A stretch of DNA of 51,280 bases. Source: Phyllosticta citribraziliensis (Eukaryota). Positions 34,789 through 47,625 of this stretch are shown here, piece by piece; within the stretch, counting starts at the first letter, position 1; every line of letters starts with the position of its first letter. Below the pieces are notes generated by a model. It saw only the letters and a program-made list of their open reading frames with translations, was not told where the DNA came from and made no database searches. A program made the position numbers and the translations under genes. The stretch lies in assembly GCF_038025025.1 (NCBI RefSeq), contig NW_027117345.1:2046001-2097280 (forward strand), in the 5' to 3' direction.

Positions 34789-36712
34789 ATGGCGTTATAT
34801 ATTTATCTTTTGGCCCAATTGGCATTATTCAAAAGAGCATCCCCTGGCGCGAGTCTCTTTGCTTCTCAAAATTTGCCATTTCAAATCTTGTTTCCCTGGG
34901 ACGTCATGTTTTTTGCCGTCAAAGCCATTATTTTCTACTGGGTACGCTTTATCCCCGAGCTTTCGACCTTTCTCCAGATCTGACCATTCGCTTAGCTCGT
35001 TTACCGCATTTGGCGAGTCTTTTACAACTTCTTCCTCCACCCCCTCCGCGCTTATCCCGGTCCCGTCTTGTACCGGGCAACATGTCTGCCTCGTTTCTAC
35101 GATGTCATGAGCGGTCGTTCTGCTCCTCGCATGACGGAGCTGCACGAAAAATACGGCACTGTAAGCTCGGTCTCTTCCGGGTTCTAGCAAAAGCTCACAA
35201 AGCAAGGTGGTGCGGTACTCGCCAGATGAGCTGAGCTTCATCGAGGGCGATGCATGGAAAACAATCTACGTCAACGGCAACAACAAGGCCCCGTTTGCCA
35301 AAGAGCCGGCGCACTATCCTCTTCCGCCAGACATGCCCGCCGGCCTTCTCCAAGACCTCGACGACGCAAGCCACCGCCGACAACGCCAAGTGTTTTCATC
35401 CGCCTTTTCGGAGCGAGCGCTGAAGGACCAGGAACCGCTGCTGCGGACTCATGTTGAGCGTCTGATGGCGAGGCTGACGGAGCTGTCCAACCAAGACGTC
35501 GACATTACCGATTACCTCAACTTTGTCGCCTTCGACATCATGGGCGATCTGGCCATGGGGGCGTCGCTGGGTCTGCTCGTCGACCGCGACTCCAAGTTCG
35601 CGCCGTGGGTGCGCACCGCCGTCGGCTCCATCAAGCTGCTCATCATCCGCTCGGCACTCGGATTCTACGCCCCGCTGCTGGCCAAGGTGCTGCTGAGCAT
35701 CCTAGCCAAGCCGCTGAAAAAGAAACGCGAGGAGCACGGCAAGCACACCATGGCCCAGGTTACCAAGCGACTGTCGACCAAAACGGACCGGCCAGACTTT
35801 TGGACGCTCGTGCTCGACGGCAAGAAGCAGGGGGCTGACGGCGGACCGCCGCTCAGCTTGGGCGAGATGCACGCCAACGCCAGCCTCTTCATGATTGGCG
35901 GCACCGAGACGACGGCGACGCTGCTCAGCGGCGCGCTGTACCTGCTGCTGGCCAACCCGGGGTGCCTGCGGCGCCTGACGGACGAGGTGCGCGGCGCGTT
36001 TGCGTCGCCCGACGACATCTCGCTCGAGGCGCTGCCGCGCTGTCTCTATCTCAACGCCGTGCTCGAGGAGTCGCTCCGCGTGTATCCGCCGGTTGCTGAG
36101 GGCTTGCATCGCGTGGCGCCTGCGGGCGGCGCGGTGGTGTGCGGGCACTTTGTGCCGGAGGGGGTAAGTCGACTGCCTGCCTGCCTGCCTGCCTGATCTC
36201 CTTCCTTCCTTCGTCATCATCATCATCAGCCCCCTCCCCCTCCCCTCAATCCACTCAACGAGCCAACCCAACCCAACCAACCACCCACCCTCCTCTAACA
36301 TCCCCCCTAGACAGTCGTCCAAATCCCACACTACGCCGCCTACCACTCATCCCTCAACTTCTCCTCCCCGCACTCCTTCCGCCCCGACCGCTGGCTCCCC
36401 GCCGCCGCCACCGACCCGGCGTCGCCCTTCTTCGCCGACAAGCGCCGCGCGCTGCAGCCGTTTGGCGTCGGCCCGCGCAACTGTATCGGCCGCAACCTCG
36501 CCTACCACGAGATGCGCCTCGTGCTGGCGCGCCTGCTGTGGGGGTTTGATGTCGTGTTTGCTGAGAGGATGGGCATGGGGATGTTGGGGGGCCAGGGGGG
36601 TGAGGTGGGTGGAGAGGGGGAAGGCGAGGGGGATTGGATGGGGCGCCAGAAGGCGTGGGCTGTTTGGGAGAAGCCGCCGTTGTGGTTGCATTTTGTGCCT
36701 GTTGTGAGGTGA
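34789..36712 (+). CDS. Cytochrome P450, CYP65/Tri11-like clan; 4 exons (34789-34941, 34996-35160, 35207-36163, 36311-36712)
   Basis: YNFFLHPLRAYPGP, LHEKYGT|VVRYSPDELSF, I-helix IGGTETT, K-helix EESLR, FRPDRW and heme motif FGVGPRNCIG. The exact start is uncertain. Confidence 0.93.
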
Positions 36713-36997
36713 GTGGAGGGGTGAGGGAGGGGGAGGCTGGTGGGACATGTCTGTCTGTCTATATATCTGTCTATACACATGTATATCGAGAGAGACGCCG
36801 TCAGGCTGTCGTGTTGGATAAGCCATGCATGCAATTATTCTTGTCGTCGAGTCGGGTCGTATACCTACCTCCATCGTCCGTCAAGCTTCGGCGAACAACC
36901 CACATACATATGTATAGTACGTGTCGACAGCTGCCTGCCTCCGCATCTCCATCTCGTAGCACATATACACTCGTCAAACCTGTGCATTTCCCCTCTG

Positions 36998-37024
36998 CCC
37001 CCCCCCCCCCCCCCCCCCCCCCCC
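36998..37024. repeat. Poly(C) run, 27 nt
   Basis: Read directly; lies between the converging 3' ends of the P450 and spt20 genes. Confidence 0.95.
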
Positions 37025-37592
37025 TTATCAATCAATCAGACACAAACACATCACAGTCCACAAAGCCACCACGTCTCTCAGAATATGACGTGTTGATTGA
37101 ATAGATCGCAACCCTTGCCCTTGCCCTTGCCATCGCCCTTTTGTGCGCCCTGCCTAGCCCACCCTGACCCTACACCCAGACCCCAGACCCCAGACCCTAG
37201 AGACTGACCTGACTCCAAGCCCAAGCCCGAGCACCATTTTATCAAGCAGAGCAAAGCAAAAGAATAAGAGAGAATAAGGGAGATAAGAAAACGTCAACCC
37301 CGACCAGCCAACCGACCAATAACCAGTAATTTCTCGTGATGGAATGGGTAAGGTAAGGTAAGGTACGTAGCGTACGTACGTACGTACGTACGAACGAACG
37401 TACAGCGGCAAGGAAGAGAGGAAGAAGAAAGGGGGAAAAGGGGCAACGACGTAGAAAAAGGTAGCGGGGAGAGAGAGAGAGCCAAAAAGAAAATGACGAC
37501 GTCCAAACGACGCCGGCCCAGCAAGAGAGCAAGAGAGCAACAACGACAGCAAAGATCCAATCAGCTCGCCGACCTACTGCTCACTCACCCAC

Positions 37593-37702
37593 TCAGCCCA
37601 TCCCGTTGCCCGGCTGCCCCGGCCTCCCCATGCCGCCCTGCCACATACCGCCCATGCCGCCCATCTGGCCCATCATCTGCTGCTGCGGGTGGCCCTGCTG
37701 GC

Positions 37703-37737
<35 letters not shown>

Positions 37738-40651
37738 TGCTGATTGCGCTGCGCCAACATCTGCTGCTGCCGGATGAGGCGCGCCATGTACTGCTGCTGA
37801 GCCTGCTGCTGGTCAGGGGTGGTAGCACCGCCGGGGACGCCGTTGGGAGGGCCACCGCCAGGGCCTTGACCGGCGCCGCCGCCGCCGCCGTTTTGCGCTT
37901 GCTGCTGCGCTTGTTGCTGGTGCGCGACGGCCTGCGCGGCTTGCTGCTGCTGGAACTGCATCCGCCGCATGAGCTCGAGCTGCTGAGCCATGTTCATGTT
38001 GCTGTTCATGCCCGCCGCCGTGTTGCCCTGCGGCCCGCCCTGGCCGGCGGCCGCGGCGGCGCCCGACGTCGCCATGCCGTTCATGTTCATGCCGCCCATG
38101 TTCATCTGGCCCATGTTGCCCATGGCGCCCATGTTCATGCCCGGGCCAGCGCCGCCGCCGTTGGGTTGGTTCATGTTGTGCTGCTGTCCCTGATTCTGTT
38201 GCGCCTGCTGCTGCTGGATCTGGCTCAAGACCATCTGCCAGGCCCGCATGATGCCCTGGTTGCCACCCTGCTGTATCAACTGCTGGATTTGCGGAGGGAC
38301 GTTGGGGGCGCCGCCGAAATGCTGGACCATCTTCATAATGATCCGCTCCCGTTGTTGCTTTGCGCGGAGCTCCTGCTGCTGTGGTGTCATCTGCATGGCG
38401 GGGTTGGCCATCATCGGATTTGTTTGGTTTGGAGGCCGTTGCTGGACGCCGTTGGGTGTGGCACCTGCGACCTGGCTCATTTGGTTGCGCATTTGTTGTT
38501 GTAGCTGGATGTTGTACGATGTCGGCGCCGAGTTCTGTCCTCCATGATTCTGCGCTTGCGCCATTTGGTTCTGCGCCTGCATCTGAGCCATGTGTTGTTG
38601 ACGCAATATTTGCAGCTGCTCGTGCGTCACGTTTTGGGGTGATCCGCCGTTGCCCATCGCATTTTGCTGCTGCATGCGTCGCATCTGCTGGAGCCTGGCG
38701 AATTGCTCGTGCGTCATCCCGTTGGGCAATTGCGGAGTGCCGTTCATCATCACTGGCGTACCCTGCATGCCCATGGGGCTGCCGTGTTGATTTACTCGGC
38801 CGGGCTGAGGCGTCATGTGGCGTGTGACGGGAACTGCTTGGCCCATTTGTGGCGTGCCTTGGACCATTTGTGGTGTTCCGTGAGCGCTGCCTGGGTGTTG
38901 GCTGCTTTGCTGGCGCGACATTTGACGAGCCATGTGTTGAGCGCCAGCGGAGTGAGGAAGGGCCGAAGGCGGACGTGGCGGACTGCCAGCTTGACTCGAA
39001 GATGTTGGAGCCATTGGTACGCCTCCCATGGCATGAGTCGCGACAGCATTGGCATTGATGACCGGCGACGCCTGCATCGGAGTCTGATGCCGGACCATGG
39101 GAGAGTTTTGCGGAGGTTGTGACAGTTGCATCGGGTGTTGTTGGGATCCCATCATGTTGCCGGAAGCCTGTGCGGCCGCAGCTTGAGCACGGCGGACTTG
39201 CTCTTGCTGCTGCAAAGCGTGCTGACGTTGCTGTTCCTGTTGTTGGGCCATGAGCCGGTGCTGCTCGGCTTGCTGTTGGTGTTGATTAGCGGCTTCCCTC
39301 TCCCTCTGGCGCGCCTCAACGGCCTGCTGCTGCTCTCTCTTGAGCTGGGCTTGTCGGGCTTCCTCCTCCTTTTTGAGCCTTTCGGCTTCCTCGTGTTGGA
39401 TCTTGATGTTTTCAAGCGTTTTGAATCGCGAGAAGCGTGGCTCAAAGGTGGCTGCTCCACCACGGAGGCCTTCGCCATCGCCATTCATCTGGCCAGACCC
39501 TGTAGCCGGTGCCGAGCTATCGCCAAACAGCATGAAATTCTGGTCGGCGTTGAATTGCGCCTCGTCCGCGGCCAGTTCTGCTGTCGTGCGCTTGCGAGTC
39601 TTGGGTGCCGGCGGAGGATTCGTGTTAATGGGATGAGTGGTTGCTTCGATGAGGTTCACAGTCTCTGCCAAGCTGTGGGAAGGTTCGAGGTAGAGCGCGG
39701 GTGCGGTGGAGTTGATGACCTCGGCCTCAAAGGCGTGGATATTCGATTCATCGAGTATCATTCTTTGTCGCTTGGCGGGTCGTCCCAAGGAAGGCGTCGG
39801 CGGTACAGACGTTATCGGGGTAGGTGGATGTGCGGACATGGGAGTTTGAGCCGTCCTCGCCTGTTGCCTCCGACTGTTCAGGTCGGGCATTGGGGTAGTG
39901 GCCAGGAGCTCAATCTCTAAGTGGCGCGAGAGTTGAGTGGGAAACAGAACCTTGACTGATATTTGTGGGCTTTTGGGGCCAGCCTTTGCAATATCCTGCG
40001 AGGCTTCTTTCTTTTCTTTGCATGGTTGGCTTCCCGAGGAACTTGGTCGCTTTTCGATCTTGGTTGAGTTGGCTGTTGGAGGAGAAGGATAAGGGACAAA
40101 TGGAGAGGGGGTGAGGTGGTCATTCCAGTTGTGGATCGAGCCGGGTATCGTGTTGTCCTTCTTCTGGTTGGCAATCTGTGCGCCTGTTGGAGGCTTGACG
40201 TCGGCGACACGGTGATTGACAATCTGTACTATCAAGCAACCATCGTAGAATTGCACCCCAGCCTTGAGCATCTCCTCGAGCATGAAGTGGGGCACAGTAC
40301 CGTCCCGTAGATGTTGAATCAGCGCCTTCATGGGCGAGTTGTAGGGAAAATTGCCGTCTTGATGTTCGAAGCGAAAGTGGTGTTGGTGGAGATGGATGAT
40401 GAGCGACGGTGAGTTGCCCCTGAACTTCTTCAGAATGTATTCCTCGGTGATGACTGGTCACGGTGAGTTGAAGCCGGGGAAATGTGAACGGGCAACATAC
40501 CGTATGGCTTCTCCATCACCTTGTCGGCAGTAACGGCACTGTCGGCCTCGTTATGTGCGATCCTAGTGCTGCTCCGAAGCTGCGACGGGCGTTGAGACTC
40601 GCGGCGCTGGCGAAGGGCCTGCGAAGGACGGATGGGAGCTGCGGTCGACAT
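37593..40651 (-). CDS. spt20: SAGA complex subunit Spt20; 2 exons (40651-40501, 40453-37593)
   Basis: KPY|VITEEYILKKFRGNSPSLIIHLHQHHFRFEHQDGNFPYNSPMK...VPHFMLEEM...FYDGCLIVQIVNHR (Spt20 domain), RKRTTAELAADEA, FEPRFSRFKTLENIK, and a long Q/M/G-rich tail. Confidence 0.92.
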
Positions 40652-41646
40652 GGTGGCGACTGTGGAGAGGCAGTGGTTTCGCGCGACGTGGTCGCGATGG
40701 TTGTTTAGGTTGCGATGGCGCTCACATGACACGCGTGCGGCGGTCGGTCGGTCAATCGGAGTTCGAGGGACGTTGGGAGAGGTTTTGAGGGTACGCGATC
40801 ACGGCAAAGGAAGTCTTGAAGTCGATGAGGGCGAAAGAATGCGATGAACGGGGATGGTGTTGGTGAGAGGCGACATCAGGATCACCGCGAGGAGGTGCAT
40901 GCGCGGTAGGCCAGGCTGGGCAACGCGGAGGCGGCAACGGGCCCGCTCCGGCCTTGGCCGAACCGAACCAAAGTGAAGTGGAGCTGACCGCCCAGTCGGA
41001 ACTTGCAACTTCACATCCAAACGCATGTATTCTTCACAACCCACACTCTATTCAAATCCACCTCAGATTATAACAACATAATGATTAAGGAATTATATAA
41101 AATTAACTATTTAGCCACCTATTCTTACCTTTAGTTAAGTATTAATATACTTAATAAGGTATCTTCTAAGAAACTACTACTCTTTATCCCTCCTAATAGG
41201 CTAACCCTCTATTCTAGACTAAAAACCTAGTCCTAAATACTAGCTAACTCTACCTATATACCTTCTCCCTCTATAGCTAATAGTCTCTAGCTCTAAATTA
41301 AATAAGCTATAGTTAATAAGATTAAATACCTTAAAAAGGGTTAGGAACTTTTCTACCCTTTTCTTTCTATCTTAGACTAGTACTATAAGGCTTAGCCCCT
41401 TATCCTAACTAAGGGGCTTACTAATAATAATAAGAGGGTCCTCTAGGCTCTTTTTAATAATCTTTCTACTATTACCTACTACTACTATATAGTATATACT
41501 TAATATAAAGACCTAGGTAAATATATACCTATTATATCTAGCTCTACTACTTCTAGTAGTATAGGTAACTATACCCCTCCCTTAAGTATAAACTCTATAG
41601 CTAAGATTAGAGGTAATATATATACCTAGGCTATTAAGTATAGTAC

Positions 41647-42069
41647 TATCATAATAGGCGTATACGCGCCTATACAAGTACCAGGGCCAGTATAGATAAA
41701 CCTAGCATTATATAGTTATAAGAAGTACAAGCCTCACCTTAGGTAGTAGCCTACTATAGCTTAGGCTAAAACCTATAGGCTAGTACTAGCTACTATAGCC
41801 TAGTACTAGCCACTATAGCCCTAGGTAGATACTATATAATAGCCTATTAATACCTTACCTTTATAACTTACCTAATAATAACTAAGGACCCTTATATAAA
41901 GGATAAGAGGTAGAATAGTATAAAGAAAGGACTAGGAAATATATAGGTAATAAGTATCTTTTATATTTTATTCTTTTAACTTATTAGATTTAATTAAGAT
42001 ATATATATATTCTTTAGTAGTTTACCTTTAACCCTTACCTATATAATAAGAAATCTATAAGTTATAATA
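41647..42069 (+). repeat. 5' LTR
   Basis: Direct repeat of 49432-49854; the differences I checked are all C/T or G/A transitions; TG...CA termini are RIP-converted to TA...TA. Confidence 0.95.
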
Positions 42070-43649
42070 GATATAAAAGATTATTCTAAGTTTTAGCTCT
42101 ATCCTACTTCTTTACCTATAAAGGTATTATAATATTTAACCTAAGTAATATTATATATAGCTATAGTCTTATATAAGACTACTTATTACTTTTCCCTAGT
42201 AAACCTAAGTTATCTTTATTAGGTATATTAGTATTATCTAAGGACTAAGGAGTATTAAGTATATATTAACTATAGAAGTCTTTAGTTAAGGCTATAGGGT
42301 AGTATATAAATATCTAGGAGGTATCCTATCTATAACCTGCTTAAGGGATATTCTAAGTAGAAGACTATAAAGATAGTATAGCTAAGAATAAAGCTAATAT
42401 ATCTAGTACTACTAAAGGTATTAGTACTAGTTAATTAACTTAATAAGATTTATATAAAGGGACTAAAGATTTATATAATACTAGATACTTATTAAATAAT
42501 AATAAGAGGGGACCTACCCCTATTCTCTTATATAATTTCTACTTAGTCCTAGTAGTAGAGGTAAAAGAATATACCTAAGACCTAGGGTTAACTTATATAG
42601 TTTAAGCTCTAGTTATAGAGGTATTTATAAAGGTACTATACTTAGATATTAATTAATTTAAATCTAAGATTATATCCTTAAATAAGTCTTAAGTATAGTA
42701 GCAACTAAACTATATATAAAGGTAGAACTAGGCTCTTAAGTAAATACTCTTAAACTATACTAATAGACTTAAGGAAGTTCTAAGGGAAGGATATATTAGG
42801 CCCTCTTTATTAGCTTAGTACCTAAGACCTATTATTCTTAAACCTCCTCCTAACTATATAGGGGAAACTACTACTAAAACCTCTACTTTATCTTTAAATA
42901 GTAAAAAATACTATAATAGTAAGGTTCCTAATCCTCCTCTTCTTACTAATAGAGAAGACCCCTTATATAAATACTAGACCCTCCTTATATAAAATAAAAT
43001 TAAATAAAACTATAATTACTTTACTAAAGATATAGTAGAGGAGACTAAATAAAATATTATAGGTTATATTATTTCCTATATTAGTAGAGAAGTCTTATAT
43101 TATCTAACTCCTTTCCTTACTTCTTATATAAAGGCTAATAAAGTTACTCTAAATAAGGATATCTTTAAATTCCTAGATAACCTCCTCTAGAGCCTATATA
43201 AATATAAGGATATAAAGAAGTAGTTATACTCTCTTATATACTATATTCCTATAGACCTTTAGAAGTTTTAATTAAACTTTATATAATTAGCCTTAGATAT
43301 AGATCTTTCCTAAGAATAGTAAAAAGAGGACTTTTATAATATAATAGATCCTCTCCTTTAAACCTATATAGTTACTATAGAGTAAGATAAGGATATTAAC
43401 TTTTATAAGTACCTTTAATAAGCCTACCCTATTACTTAAAGTCTTAGTAACTACTATTCTAATTATAGAAAACTAATACTTATATTGTATAAGGAATAAG
43501 TAAAGAAGAGATAATAAGAAAGAGTAAAGATAACTACCTTAGGTAGTATAAGTACTTTATCTTCTAGTTATACTTAGGTATAATCTATATCTAGGGCTCC
43601 CTTATATAATATAACCTGTAAAGGTAAAGTAGAAGTCTATATAGAGATT

Positions 43650-46600
43650 AGACTGTATAATTACTATGGCTAGTTTAGCTATTTATAGAGATAATACCTA
43701 TAACTAGAGATAAAGGTAATAGAGTTAGTTAAAGAAGAAAGTACTAAAGATGTCTATATAAATAAAGGAGATTAGTCTTTATTAGAAAATAATAAGACCT
43801 AGGTAAAGTCTCTAGCTATAGGTCTAAACTTAGAGTAATATATATTAAGGGTTCTTATATAAATCTTAGTTACTTTATTAGAGGTGTACCCTTTACTGTA
43901 TGAACCTTAATTATATCTAATAGCTATACCTTAGAAATTTATGCCCTAGCTAATACTAGTACTAGTAGTATAAGTTTTATTTACCCTAAGCTACTACTAA
44001 CTCTCTAGTCTATAGGTGCTGTAAAAAAGAGAATAATAGGTAAAGGGCTTAATATTACTAGGTTTAACTAATATATAAATAAGAAAGTTAATTTTTACTT
44101 TTATCTTTAACTCTATTTCTAAGATTAAATGGTTTCTACTTATGCTTTTATTTATAATATTAGCCATAATAATATGATTCTTAGGTAATAGTTTTTTAAC
44201 TAGTATAATATCCTTCTAGACTATAAATAATATAAACTAGTCTAGAGATAGCTACTAGTTAACCAGTCTTTTTAGTATCTTTTATAACTACTAAAAATCT
44301 CTATATAAAGTAAAGAACTATAGAAAGAATACTAAGTAGATATAGACTATAGAGATAAAAAATTTAATAAACGCCTTCTTCCCTCTATATAGGTTATTAA
44401 GGGAATTAAATTCTAAACTTAAGATATATTTAAGCTTTCTATTTATAAAATATAAGTTGTACTAATAGAGATCTATACTATTAACCTTATATAAGTCTAA
44501 GTAGCTATTAAAGATAAGGAAACTAAGGAATTACTAGCTTCTAAGCTACTAGCTACTTATAAGGAATTTTAAGATATATTTTCTAAAATAGAGTCTAATA
44601 AGCTACCACCCTATTATATAGGAGTTAATTATAAAATATCTCTTATATATAATAGTCTACTAGAGCTTCTACCTAGTCCTCTTTATAGAATATCTCTAGA
44701 GCAGCTTAAGGCTATAAAAGAGTATATTATTAAGAACCTTTAGAAAGGCTTTATTACTAAGAGCTTTACTACCTATACTTCTCCTATTCTTATAGTAAAA
44801 AAGCCTAGTAGGGGATAGAGATTTTATATAGACTACTAATAGCTTAATAAATAAACTACTAAGGATTTATACCCCCTCCCTCTTATTATAGAGTTACTTT
44901 AGCGCATTAGAAGGGGTAAGATTTATACTAAGCTTAATATTTAATAAGCTTTCTACTATATTTATCTTACTAAGGATTCTAAAGATAAAACTACTTTCTA
45001 TATAAGATATAGGTTATTTAAATACTATATCTTACCTTTTAGATTAAGTAATAGACTAGTAGCCTTTTAATATTTTATTAACTAGGTTCTCTTTAAGTAT
45101 TTAGATAATTTTATTATAGCTTTTATAGATAATATACTTATTATCTCTAAAGACCCTATAGAGTATAAGGAATAAGTAAAAAAAGTACTAGTAAGACTAT
45201 AAAAAGTAGGACTATAGGTAGATTTAAAGAAGAGTAAGTTTTTAGTTACTTATATAAAGTTCCTTAGATATATTATTTCTATAGAAGGTATTTAGATAGA
45301 CCTAGATAAAGTAGAACCTATATAAAACTAGCTAATACTAAAAACCCTTAAAGCTCTTTAATCCTTCCTAGGTTTCTATAATTTCTACTAATAATTTCTC
45401 CCTAACTATAGATAAATTAGCTGACTATTAGAGAAACTATACTCTAAGGTAAAATAGTAATAACTAGGACCCCTAGAAGAAGAGGTAATTTAGTAACTTA
45501 AGAAGCTAATATATAGTAATATACTCCTAGCTAATTATAACCCTACTCTTAATACTTATATAGAGACTAATATAAGTAATAGAGTTACTATAGGTGTTTT
45601 AATATAGCTCTAATAACCTTTATATAATTAGAAACTAGTAGCCTTCTACTCTAAGGTAATGGCTGATATAGAACTTTATTATAGAATTTTAGATAAAGAA
45701 CTACTAGCTATTAAGAATAGACTAGAAGAATAGAGACTAATACTTATTAGCCTTAAAAAACCTTTTCTTATAATTATAGACTATTAGGTATTAGAGTACT
45801 ACTCTACTAAATAATAACTTAATTAATAATAAGCTAGATAGTCTAAGTTTTTTATAGAATTCTATATATAATTCTCCTATTAACTAGGAAAGGAAAATAT
45901 TATTATTAATTACTTTACTTAAAAATAAGAAGATCTAAAGACTTAGAAAGAAAAAGTAAAGGCTATATAAGAGATATACCTTATCCTATTAGAGACTATT
46001 ATCCCTCTTTCTATTTTAGAATAAGAACTTCCTCCTCTAGTATTATTTTTAGATAAACTTCTCTATATAAACTAAGAAGATTCTAAATTAGAATTCTAGA
46101 GATAGAAAGCCCTCTTAAAAGACCTTAAATAAAGAAATAGTTAGGAACTAAAGGATGGTCTTTTACTATAATATAGTACCCTCTTTATACTAGATTATAA
46201 TAACCTTTGCGCGAGAATACTTAATACTTTATATACTACCTATATAACTACCTATCCTAGTATTATAAAGATGTAAAAACTCCTTAAGTAATATTACTAC
46301 TAGTTAGCCATGAATTATATGATTAATATTTATAGGTGAGGATACTATATTTACTACTAAATAAAAGAGTTTTATAATAAAGACCTAGGCCTTTTATAAC
46401 CCCTAGAGATTCCTACTTAACCCTGGTAATACCTAGCTATAGATTTTAAAGAGATACCTAAAGACTAAAAAGGCTATAATATAATCCTAGTTATTATAGA
46501 CTAGTTAAGTTAAAGAACCTTTAGCTTACCTTATATAAAGAAGATTAATATTAAAGGAGTCTCTAGGCTCTTTTATAAATATATCTACTATATTTATAGA

Positions 46601-47625
46601 AACCCTAAGTTTATCCTATTTAACTAAGGCCCTTAGTTTATCTTAGCATTTATAAATAAACTATATAAGCTAACTAGTATAGAGTAGTATTTTAACTCAT
46701 CCTACTACTCTTAGACTAATAGTATTATAGAGATTATTAATTAGTATCTTATATAAAGATTAAGACCTTTTATTAATTACTTTTAGAATAATTAGTCTAA
46801 TCTTCTACTATTAATAGACCTTATATAAGTAATACTTCCCTATAAAGCTACTAGACTTTTACCCTTTAAGATTAAGTTAGGATATTCCCCTTAAATATAC
46901 TATAACTAGTAATAATAAACTAAGACCCCCTAGTAACTAGAAAAGATAGCTTATATAGTAGTATAAATGCTATAAAAAAGAAGATAAGAAGCTTTTAAAT
47001 TTATAAAGAAACTTATTCTTAAATCCTAAGAGTATATATACTAATAAGCTAATAAATACTATTATATACTAGACTTTATAGTTAGAGATTATATCTATAT
47101 TAAGAAAATAGGATGGTCTACTAATTAGCTAAACCTTAAATTAGACTTCCCTAATACTAGACCTTTTAAGATTATAGGAATAGAAGGATCCTCCTATATC
47201 CTTAATCTTCCCTTATATATAAAGATAGTTAACCTTTTCTATACTAATAGGCTATATAAGGCTAAACTAGAATAGCTTCCTAGTTAGGAATATACTAAAC
47301 TAGAACCTAAGATTATTTAAGATAAGCCTAAGTAGGAAGTAGACTATATTTAAGCTAGTTAAGTCTTATATAGGAAGCTTTAATATTAAGTTAAATAGAC
47401 TAGATATAACTAAGATAACTAGTAGTATAATATAAGTTCTTTTAGTAGTATACTATAGAAAATTAAAGAATTCTACTTATTATACCCTACTATAGTAGGA
47501 CTACTAAAAAATCTAGAAAAATAGAAGACTGCCTTCCTCTAAGAAGAACTATAGATTAAAATAGAAAGTAATAATAAAATAAGTTACTTAGGCCTATAGT
47601 AAATATTATAAAGATATAGAAAGTA
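43650..47625 (+). pseudogene. RIP-mutated gag (3' end) and pol
   Basis: De-RIP readings: C-x2-C-x4-H knuckle ~43655; protease ALADTGA 43943; RT PFGLSNGPAAFQ 45035 and F(V/I)DDILI 45122; RNase H ETDAS 45563 and DKELLAI 45692; integrase PWQHLAMDF 46421 and DRGPQF ~46620; chromodomain EWEVD...KLQYQVEW...EFH...GPP ~47320-47510. The gag start was not resolved. Confidence 0.9.

Noticed and set aside
34789..36712. Secondary-metabolite gene cluster around the P450
   Set aside because: No backbone enzyme, transporter or cluster regulator lies nearby; the neighbours are spt20 and small hypothetical genes.
41337..41346. Telomere-like GGGTTAGG and scattered TTAGGG/CCCTAA in the AT block
   Set aside because: Single, non-tandem copies are expected in TpA-rich RIP products.
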